NCBI RefSeq assembly: GCF_009914755.1
Contig: NC_060934.1
Reading direction: 5' to 3' (one strand)
Length of the DNA stretch: 64,000 nt
Source of the DNA: the human T2T-CHM13v2.0 reference genome, Homo sapiens
Below the pieces are notes generated by a model, which had not been told where the DNA came from, ran no database searches, and worked only from the letters and a program-made list of their open reading frames with translations. Within the stretch, counting starts at the first letter, position 1. The number at the start of each line of letters is the position of its first letter. The translations under genes and the position numbers were made by a program. Positions 38,701 to 49,900 of the stretch are shown here, one piece after another.

Positions 38701-40929
38701 CTTCGTATAAAAACTACACAGAATCATTCTCAACAACTACTTTGTGATGTGTGCGTTCAACTCACAGAGTTTAACCTTTCTTTTCATAGAGCAGTTTGGA
38801 AACCCTCTGTTTGTAAAGCCTGCAAGTGCTTTTTTGGACTTCATTGAGGCCTTCGTTGGAAACGGGATTTCTTCATATAATGCTAGACAGAAGAATTCTC
38901 AGTCACTTCTTTGTGTTGTGTGTATTCAAGTCACAGAGTTGAACCTTCCTTTAGACAGAGCAGTTGTGAAAAATTCTTTCTGTGGAATTTGCAAGTGGAG
39001 ATTTCAAGCGATTTGAGGCTAATCTTTGAAATGGAAATATCTTCGTGTAAAAACTACACAGAATCATTCTCAGAAACTGCTTTGTCATCTGTGCGTTCAG
39101 TTCACAGAGTTTCACCTTTCTCTTCATAGAGCAGTTTGGAAAGACTCTGTCTGTAAAGTCTGCAAGTGATTAGTTAGACCCCATTGAGGCCATCGTTGGA
39201 AGCGGGAGTTCTCATTTACTGCTAGACAGAAGAATTCTCAGTAAATCCTTTGTGTTGTGTGTATTCAACTCACAGAGTTGAACCTTCCTTTATTCAGAGC
39301 AGTTTTGAAAAACACTTTTTGTGGAATTTGCAAGTGGAGATTTCAAGCGATTTGACGCCAATCTTAGACATGGAAATATCTTTATATTAAAAGTACACAG
39401 AGTCATTCGTAGAAACTAGTTTGTGATGAGTGCCTTCAACTCACAGAGTTTGACCTTTCTTTTCATAGAGCAGTTTGGAAACACTCTATTTGTAAAGTCT
39501 GCAAGTGGATATTTGGACCTCTTTGAGGCCTTCGTTCGAAAAGGGATTTCTTCATACAACGCTAGACAGAAGAATTCTCAGTAACTTCTTTGTGTTGTGT
39601 GTATTCAACTCACACAGTTGAACCTTTCTTTAGAGAGAGCAGAGTTGAAACACTCTGTTTTTGGAATTTGCAAGTGCAGATTTCAAGCGATTCTAGGCCT
39701 ATGGCAGAAAAGGAAATATCTTCGTATAAAAACTACACAGAATCATTCTCAACAACTACTTTGTGATGTGTGCGTTCAACTCACAAAGTTTAACCTTTCT
39801 TTTCATAGAGCAGTTTGGAAACACTCTGTTTGTAAAGCCTGCAAGTGCTTTTTTGGACTTCATTGAGGCCTTCGTTGGAAAGGGGATTTCTTCATATAAT
39901 GCTAGACAGAAGAATTCTCAGTAAATCCTTTGTGTTGTGTGTATTCAACTCACAGAGTGGAACCTTCCTTTATTCAGAGCAGTTTTGAAACACTCTTTTT
40001 GTGGAATTTGCAAGTGGAGATTTCAAGCGATTTGACGCCAATCTTAGACATGGAAATATCTTCATATTAAAAGTACACAGAGTCATTCGTAGAAACTAGT
40101 TTGTGATGTGTGCCTTCAAATCACGGAGTTTAACCTTTCTTTTCATAGAGCAGTTCGGAAACACTCTATTTGTAAAGTCTGCAAGTGGATATTTGGACCT
40201 CTTTGAGGCCTTCGTTGGAAACGGGATTTCTTCATATAACGCTAGACAGAAGAATTCTCAGTAACTTCTTTGTGTTGTGTGTATTCAACTCACAGAGTTG
40301 AACCTTTCTTGAGAGAGAGCAGAGTTGAAACACTCTTTTTGTGGAATTTGCTAGTGCAGATTTCAAACGCTTCGAAGACAGTGTTAGCAAAGGATATATC
40401 TTCGTATTAAAACTAGACAAAATCCTTCTCAGAAAACACTTTGTGATGTGTGTGTTCAACTCACAGAGTTTAACCTTTCTTTAATCGAGCAGTTTGGAAA
40501 TACACTCTTTGTAAGTCTGCAGGTGGATAATTGGCCCTCTTTGAGCCCTTCGTTGGAAACGGGATTTCCTCATATAATGCTAGACAGCAGAATTCTCAGT
40601 AACTTCTTTGTGTTGTTTGTATTCAACTCACAGATTTGAACCTTCCTTTAGAGAGAGCAGTTTTGAAACACTCTGTTTTTGGAATTTGCAAGTGCAGATT
40701 TCAAGCGCTTCTGGGCCTATGGCAGAAAAGGAAATATCTGCGTATAAAAACTACACAGAATCATTCTCAACAACTACTTTGTGATGTGTGCGTTCAACTC
40801 ACAGAGTTTAACCTTTCTTTTCATAGAGCAGTTTGGAAACACTCTGTTTGTAAAGCCTGCAAGTGCTTTTTTTGACTTCATTGAGGCCTTCGTTGGAAAC
40901 GCGATTTCTTCATATAATGCTAGACAGAA

Positions 40930-43900
40930 GAATTCTCAGTCACTTCTTTGTGTTGTTTGTATTGAAGTCACAGAGTTGAACCTTCCTTTAGATAGAGCAG
41001 TTTTGAAAAACTCTTTCTGTGGAATTTGAAAGTGGAGATTTCAAGCGATTTGAGGCTAATCTTTGAAATGGAAATATCTTCGTGTAAAAACTACACAGAA
41101 TCATTCTCAGAAACTGCTTTGTTATCTGTGCTTTCAGTTCACAGAGTTTCACCTTTCTCTTCATAGAGCAGTTTGGAAAGACTCTGTCTGTAAAGTCTGC
41201 AAGTGATTAGTTAGACCCCTTTGAGGCCTTCGTTGGAAGTGGGATTTCTCATTTACTGCTAGACAGAAGAATTCTCAGTAAATCCTTTGTGTTGTGTGTA
41301 TTCAACTCACAGAGTGGAACCTTCCTTTATTCAGAGCAGTTTTGAAAAACACTTTTTCTGGAATTTGCAAGTGGAGATTTCAAGCGATTTGACGCCAATC
41401 TTAGACATGGAAATATCTTCATATTAAAAGTACACAGAGTCATTCATAAAAACTAGTTTGTGATGTGTGCCTTCAACTCACAGAGTTTAACGTTTCTTTT
41501 CATAGAGCAGTTTGGAAACACTCTATTTGTAACGTCTGCAAGTGGATATTTGGACCTCTTTGAGGCCTTCGTTGGAAACGGGATTTCTTCATACAACGCT
41601 AGACAGAAGAATTCTCAGTAACTTCTTTGTGTTGTGTGTATTCAACTCACAGAGTTGAACCTTTCTTTAGAGAGAGCAGAGTTGAAACACTCTGTTTTTG
41701 GAATTTGCAAGTGCAGATATCAAGCGGTTCTAGGCCTATGGCAGAAAAGGAAATATCTTCGTATAAAAACTACACAGAATCATTCTCAACAACTACTTTG
41801 TGATGTGTGCATTCAACTCACAAAGTTTAACCTTTCTTTTCATAGAGCAGTTTGGAAACACTCTGTTTGTAAAGCCTGCAATTGCTTTTTTGGACTTCAT
41901 TGAGGCCTTCGTTGGAAACGGGATTTCTTCATATAATGCTAGACAGAAGAATTCTCAGTAAATCCTTTGTGTTGTGTGTATTCAACTCACAGAGTGGAAC
42001 CTTCCTTTATTCAGAGCAGTTTTGAAAAATACTTTTTGTGGAATTTGCAAGTGGAGATTTCAAGCGATTTGACGCCAATCTTAGACATGGAAATATCTTC
42101 ATATTAAAAGAACACAGAGTCATTCGTAGAAACTAGTTTGTGATGTGTGCCTTCAACTCACAGAGTTAACGTTTCTTTTCATAGAGCAGTTTGGAAACAC
42201 TCTATTTGTAAAGTCTGCAAGTGGATATTTGGACCTCTTTGAGGCCTTCGTTGGAAACGGGATTTCTTCATATAACGCTAGACAGAAGAATTCTCAGTAA
42301 CTTCTTTGTGTTGTGTGTATTCAACTCACAGAGTTGAACCTTTCTTTAGAGAGAGCAGAGTTGAAACACTCTTTTTGTGGAATTTGCTAGTGCAGATTTC
42401 AAACGCTTCGAAGACAGTGATAGCAAAGGATATATCTTCGTATTAAAACTAGACAAAATCATTCTCAGAAAACACTTTGTGATGTGTGTGTTCAACACAC
42501 AGAGTTTAACCTTTCTTTAATCGAGCAGTTTGGAAATGCACTCTTTGTAAGTCTGCAGGTGGATAATTGGCCCTCTTTGAGCCCTTCGTTGGAAACGGGA
42601 TTTCCTCATATAATGCTAGACAGAAGAATTCTCAGTAACTTCTTTGTGTTGTTTGTATTCAACTCACAGATTTGAACCTTCCTTTAGAGAGGGAAGATTT
42701 GAAACACTCTGTTTTTAGAATTTGCAAGTGCAGATTTCAAGCGCTTCTAGGCCTATGGCAGAAAAGGAAATATCTTCGTATAAAAACTACACAGAATCAT
42801 TCTCAACAACTACTTTGTGATGTGTGCGTTCAACTCACAGAGTTTAACCTTTCTTTTCATAGAGCAGTTTGGAAACACTCTGTTTGTAAAGCCTGCAAGT
42901 GCTTTTTTGGACTTCATTGAGGCCTTCGTTGGAAACGGGATTTCTTCATATAATGCTAGACAGAAGAATTCTCAGTCACTTCTTTGTGTCGTGTGTATTC
43001 AAGTCACAGAGTTGAACCTTCCTTTAGACAGAGCAGTTTTGAAAAATTCTTTCTGTGGAGTTTGCAAGTGGAGATTTCAAGCGATTTGAGGCTAATCTTT
43101 GAAATGGAAATATCTTCGTGTAAAAACTACACAGAAGCATTCTCAGAAACTGCTTTGTCATCTGTGCGTTTAGTTCACAGAGTTTCACCTTTCTCTTCAT
43201 ACAGCAGTTTGGAAAGACTCTGTCTGTAAAGTCTGCAAGTGATTAGTTAGACCCCTTTGAGGCCTTCGTTGGAAGCGGGATTTCTCATTTACTGCTAGAC
43301 AGAGGAATTCTCAGTAAATCCTTTGTGTTGTGTGTATTCAACTCACAGAGTGGAACCTTCCTTTATTCAGAGCAGTTTTGAAAAACACTTTTTGTGGAAT
43401 TTGCAAGTGGAGATTTCAAGCGATTTGACGCCAATCTTAGACATGTAAATATCTTCATATTAAAAGTACACAGAGTCATTCGTAGAAACTAGTTTGTGAT
43501 GTGTGCCTTCAACTCACAGAGTTTAACCTTTCTTTTCATAGAGCAGTTTGGAAACACTCTATTTGTAAAGTCTGCAAGTGGATATTTGGACCTCTTTGAG
43601 GCCTTCGTTGGAAACGGGATTTCTTCATACAACACTAGACAGAAGAATTCTCAGTAACTTCTTTGTGTTGTGTGTATTCAACTCACAGAGTTGAACCTTT
43701 CTTTAGAGAGAGCCGAGTTGAAACACTCTGTTTTTGGAATTTGCAAGTGCAGATTTCAAGCGATTCTAGGCCTATGGCAGAAAAGGAAATATCTTCGTAT
43801 AAAAACTACACAGAATCATTCTCAACAACTACTTTGTGATGTGTGCGTTCAACTCACAAAGTTTAACCTTTCTTTTCATAGAGCACTTTGGAAACGCGCT

Positions 43901-46900
43901 GTTTGTAAAGCCTACAAGTGCTTTTTTGGACTTCATTGAGGCCTTCGTTGGAAGCGGGATTTCTCATTTACTGCTAGACAGAAGAATTCTCAGTAAATCC
44001 TTTGTGTTGTGTGTATTCAACTCACAGAGTGGAACCTTCCTTTATTCAGAGCAGTTTTGAAACACTCTTTTTGTGGAATTTGCAAGTGGAGATTTCAAGC
44101 GATTTGACGACAATCTTAGACATGGAAATATCTTCATATTAAAAGTACACAGAGTCATTCGTAGAAACTAGTTTGTGATGTGTGCCTTCAACTCACAGAG
44201 TTTAACCTTTCTTTCCATAGAGCAGTTGGGAAACAGTCTATTTGTAAAGTCTGCAAGTGGATATTTGGACCTCTTTGAGGCCTTCGTTGGAAACGGGATT
44301 TCTTCATACAACGCTAGACAGAAGAATTCTCAGTAACTTCTTTGTGTTGTGTGTATTCAACTCACAGAGTTGAACCTTTCTTTAGAGGGAGCAGAGGTGA
44401 AACACTCTTTTTGTGGAATTTGCTAGTGCAGATTTCAAACGCTTCGAAGACAGTGAAAGAAAAGGATATATCTTCGTATTAAAACTAGACAAAATCATTC
44501 TCAGAAAACTCTTTGTGATGTGTGTGTTCAACTCACAGAGTTTAACCTTTCTTTAATCGAGCAGTTTGGAAATACACTCTTTGTAAGTCTGCAGGTGGAT
44601 ATTTGGCCCTCTTTGAGCCCTTCGTTGGAAACGGGATTTCCTCATATAATGCTAGACAGAAGAATTCTCAGTAACTTCTTTGTGTTGTTTGTATTCAACA
44701 CACAGATTTGAACCTTCCTTTAGAGAGAGCAGATTTGAAACACTCTGTTTTTGGAATTTGCAAGTGCAGATTTCAAGCGCTTCTAGGCCTATGGCAGAAA
44801 AGGAAATATCTTCGTATAAAAACTACACAGAATCATTCTCTACAACTACTTTGTGATGTGTGCGTTCAACTCACAGAGTTTAACCTTTCTTTTCATAGAG
44901 CAGTTTGGAAACACTCTGTTTGTAAAGCCTGCAAGTGCTTTTTTGGACTTCATTGAAGCCTTCGTTGGAAACGAGATTTCTTCATACAATGCTAGACAGA
45001 AGAATTCTCAGTAACTTCTTTGTGTTGTGTGTGTTCAACTCACAGAGTTGAACCTTTCTTTAGAGAGAGCAGAGTTGAAACACTCTGTTTTTGGAATTTG
45101 CAAGGGCAGATTTCAAGCGATTCTAGGCCTATGGCAGAAAAGGAAATATCTTCGTATAAAAACTACACAGAATCATTCTCAACAACTACTTTGTGATGTG
45201 TGCGTTCAACTCACAAAGTTTAACCTTTCTTTTCATAGAGCAGTTTGGAAACACTCTGTTTGTAAAGCCTGCAATTGCTTTTTTGGGCTTCATTGAGGCC
45301 TTCGTTGGAAAGGGGATTTCTTCATATAATGCTAGACAGAAGAATTCTCAGTAAATCCTTTGTGTTGTGTGTATTCAACTCACAGAGTGAAACCTTCCTT
45401 TATTCAGAGCAGTTTTGAAATACTCTTTTTGTGGAATTTGCAAGTGGAGATTTCAAGCGATTTGACGCCAATCTTAGACATGGAAATATCTTCATATTAA
45501 AAGTACACAGAGTCATTCGTAGAAACTAGGTTGTGATGTGTGCCTTCAACTCACAGAGTTTAACCTTTCTTTTCATAGAGCAGTTCGGAAACACTCTATT
45601 TGTAAAGTCTGCAAGTGGATATTTGGACTCTTTGAGGCCTTCGTTGGAAACGGGATTTCTTCATATAACGCTAGACAGAAGAATTTTCAGTAACTTCTTT
45701 GTGTTGTGTGTATTCAACTCACAGAGTTGAACCTTTCTTTAGAGAGAGCAGAGTTGAAACACTCTTTTTGTGGAATTTGCTAGTGCAGATTTCAAACGCT
45801 TCGAAGACAGTGATAGAAAAGGATATATCTTCGTATTAAAACTAGACAAAATCATTCTCAGAAAACTCTTTGTGATGTGTGTGTTCAACTCACAGAGTTT
45901 AACCTTTCTTTAATCGAGCAGTTTGGAAACACTCTATTTGTAAAGTCCGCAAGTGGATATTTGGACATCTTTGAGGCCTTCGTTGGAAACGGAATTTCTT
46001 CATACAACGCTAGACAGAAGAATTCTCAGTAACTTCTTTGTGTTGTGTGTATTCAACTCACAGAGTTGAACCTTTCTTTAGAGAGAGCAGAGTTGAAACA
46101 CTCTGTTTTTGGAATTTGCAAGTGCAGATTTCAAGCGATTCTAGGCCTATGGCAGAAAAGGAAATATCTTCGTATAAAAACTACACAGAATCATTCTCAA
46201 CAACTACTTTGTGATGTGTGCGTTCAACTCACAAAGTTTAACCTTTCTTTTCATAGAGCAGTTTGGAAACACTCTGTTTGTAAAGCCTGCAATTGCTTTT
46301 TTGGACTTCATTGAGGCCTTCGTTGGAAAGGGGATTTCTTCATATAATGCAAGACAGAAGAATTCTCAGTAAATCCTTTGTGTTGTGTGTATTCAACTCA
46401 CAGAGTGGAACCTTCCTTTATTCAGAGCAGTTTTGAAACACTCTTTTTGTGGAATTTGCAAGTGGAGATTTCAAGCGATTTGACGCCAATCATAGACATA
46501 GAAATATCTTCATATTAAAAGTACACAGAGTCATTCGTAGAAACTAGTTTGTGATGTGTGCCTTCAACTCACAGAGTTTAACCTTTCTTTTCATAGAGCA
46601 GTTCGGAAACACTCTATTTGTAACGTCTGCAAGTGGATATTTGGACCTCTTTGAGGCCTTCGTTGGAAACGGGATTTCTTCATACAACGCTAGACAGAAG
46701 AATTCTCAGTAACTTCTTTGTGTTGTGTGTATTCAACTCACAGAGTTGAACCTTTCTTTAGAGAGAGCAGAGTTGATACACTCTGTTTTTGGAATTTGCA
46801 AGTGCAGATTTCAAGCGATTCTAGGCCTATGGCAGAAATGGAAATATCTTCGTATAAAAACTACACAGAATCATTCTCAACAACTACTTTGTGATGTGCG

Positions 46901-49900
46901 CGTTCAACTCACAGAGTTTAACCTTTCTTTTCATAGAGCAGTTTGGAAACACTCTGTTTGTACAGTCTGCAAGTGCTTATTTGGACTTCTTTGAGGCCTT
47001 CGTTGGAAACGGGATTTCTTCATATAATGCTAGACAGAAGAATTCTCAGTCACTTCTTTGTGTTGTGTGTATTCAAGTCACAGAGTTGAACCTTCCTTTA
47101 CACAGAGCAGTTTTGAAAAATTCTTTCTGTGGAGTTTGCAAGTGGAGATTTCAAGGGATTTGAGGCTAATCTTTGAAATGGAAATATCTTCGTGTAAAAA
47201 CTTCACAGAATCATTCTCAGAAACTGCTTTGTCATCTGTGCGTTCAGTTCACAGAGTTTCACCTTTCTCTTCATAGAGCAGTTTGGAAAGACTCTGTCTG
47301 TAAAGTCCGCAAGTGATTAGTTAGACCCCTTTGAGGCCTTCGTTGGAAGCGGGATTTCCCATTTACTGCTAGACAGAAGAATTCTCAGTAAATCCTTTGT
47401 GTTGTGTGTATTCAACTCACAGAGTGGAACCTTCCTTTATTCAGAGCAGTTTTGAAACACTCTTTTTGTGGAATTTGCAAGTGGAGATTTCAAGCGATTT
47501 GACGCCAATCTTAGACATGGAAATATCTTCATATTAAAAGTACACAGAGTCATTCGTAGAAACTAGTTTGTGATGTGTGCCTTCAACTCACAGAGTTTAA
47601 CCTTTCTTTTCATAGAGCAGTTGGGAAAAACTCTATTTGTAAAGTCTGCAAGTGGATATTTGGACCTCTTTGAGGCCTTCGTTGGAAACGGGATTTCTTC
47701 ATATAACGCTAGACAGAAGAATTCTCAGTAACTTCTTTGTGTTGTGTGTATTCAACTCACAGAGTTGAACCTTTCTTTAGAGGGAGCAGAGGTGAAACAC
47801 TCTTTTTGTGGAATTTGCTAGTGTAGATTTCAAACGCTTCGAAGACAGTGATAGAAAAGGATATATCTTCGTATTAAAAGTAGACAAAATCATTCTCAGA
47901 AAACTCTTTGTGATGTGTGTGTTCAACTCACAGAGTTTAACCTTTCTTTAATCCAGCAGTTTGGAAATACACTCTTTGTAAGTCTGCAGGTGGATATTTG
48001 GCCCTCTTTGAGCCCTTCGTTGGAAACGGGATTTCCTCATATAATGCTAGACAGAAGAATTCTCAGTAACTTCTTTGTGTTGTTTGTATTCAACACACAG
48101 ATTTGAACCTTCCTTTAGAGAGAGCAGATTTGAAACACTCTGTTTTTGGAATTTGCAAGTGCAGATTTCAAGCGATTCTAGGCCTATGGCAGAAAAGGAA
48201 ATATCTTCGTATAAAAACTACACAGAATCATTCGCAACAACTACTTTGTGATGTGTGCGTTCAACTCACAGAGTTTAACCTTTCTTTTCATAGAGCAGTT
48301 TGGAAACACTCTGTTTGTAAAGCCTGCAAGTGCTTTTTTGGACTTCATTGAGGCCTTCGTTGGAAACGGGATTTCTTCATACAATGCTAGACAGAAGAAT
48401 TCTCAGTAACTTCTTTGTGTTGTGTGTGTTCAACTCACAGAGTTGAACCTTTCTTTAGAGAGAGCAGAGTTGAAACACTCTGTTTTTGGAATTTGCAAGG
48501 GCAGATTTCAAGCGATTCTAGGCCTATGGCAGAAAAGGAAATATCTTCGTATAAAAACTACACACAATCATTCTCAACAACTACTTTGTGATGTGTGCGT
48601 TCAACTCACAAAGTTTAACCTTTCTTTTCATAGAGCAGTTTGGAAACACTCTGTTTGTAAAGCCTGCAATTGCTTTTTTGGACTTCATTGAGGCCTTCGT
48701 TTGAAAGGGGATTTCTTCATATAATGCTAGACAGAAGAATTCTCAGTAAATCCTTTGTGTTGTGTGTATTCAACTCACAGAGTGAAACCTTCCTTTATTC
48801 AGAGCAGTTTTGAAAAACTCTTTTTGTGGAATTTGCAAGTGGAGATTTCAAGCGATTTGACGCCAATCTTAGACATGGAAATATCTTCATATTAAAAGTA
48901 CACAGAGTCATTCGTAGAAACTAGGTTGTGATGTGTGCCTTCAACTCACAGAGTTTAACCTTTCTTTTCATAGAGCAGTTCGGAAACACTCTATTTGTAA
49001 AGTCTGCAAGTGGATATTTGGACCTCTTTGAGGCCTTCGTTGGAAACGGGATTTCTTCATATAACGCTAGACAGAAGAATTTTCAGTAACTTCTTTGTGT
49101 TGTGTGTATTCAACTCACAGATTTGAACCTTTCTTTAGAGAGAGCAGAGTTGAAACACTCTTTTTGTGGAATTTGCTAGTGCAGATTTCAAACTCTTCGA
49201 AGACAGTGATAGAAAAGGATATATCTTCGTATTAAAACTAGATAAAATCATTCTCAGAAAACACTTTGTGAGGTGTGTTTTCAACTCACAGAGTTTAACC
49301 TTTCTTTAATCGAGCAGTTTGGAAACACTCTATTTGAAAAGTCCGCAAGTGGATATTTGGACATCTTTGAGGCCTTCGTTGGAAACGGAATTTCTTCATA
49401 CAACGCTAGACAGAAGAATTCTCAGTAACTTCTTTGTGTTGTGTGTATTCAACTCACAGAGTTGAACCTTTCTTTAGAGAGAGCAGAGTTGAAACACTCT
49501 GTTTTTGGAATTTGCAAGTGCAGATTTGAAGCGATTCTAGGCCTATGGCAGAAAAGGAAATATCTTCGTATAAAAACTACACAGAATCATTCTCAACAAC
49601 TACTTTGTGATGTGTGCGTTCAACTCACAAAGTTTAACCTTTCTTTTCATAGAGCAGTTTGGAAAGACGCTGTTTGTAAAGCCTACAAGTGCTTTTTTGG
49701 ACTTCATTGAGGCCTTCGTTGGAAACGGGATTTCTTCATATAATGCTAGACAGAAGAATTCTCAGTAAATCCTTTGTGTTGTGTTTATTCAACTCACAGA
49801 GTGGAACCTTCCTTTATTCAGAGCAGTTTTGAAACACTCTTTTTGTGGAATTTGCAAGTGGAGATTTCAAGCGATTTGACGCCAATCTTAGACATGGAAA

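Larger units (their letters stand above)
1..40929 (+). repeat. Left HOR haplotype domain: 12-mers interspersed with 8-mers, CENP-B-box-poor
   Basis: A-to-A spacings are only ~2037 or 1358 bp. B1 dimers carry GTTCGAAAAGGGA and GAGTTTGACC; the last such box is at ~39530. Most A dimers carry CCATTGAGG and/or GGCCAT(C/T)GTTGG. Confidence 0.85.
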
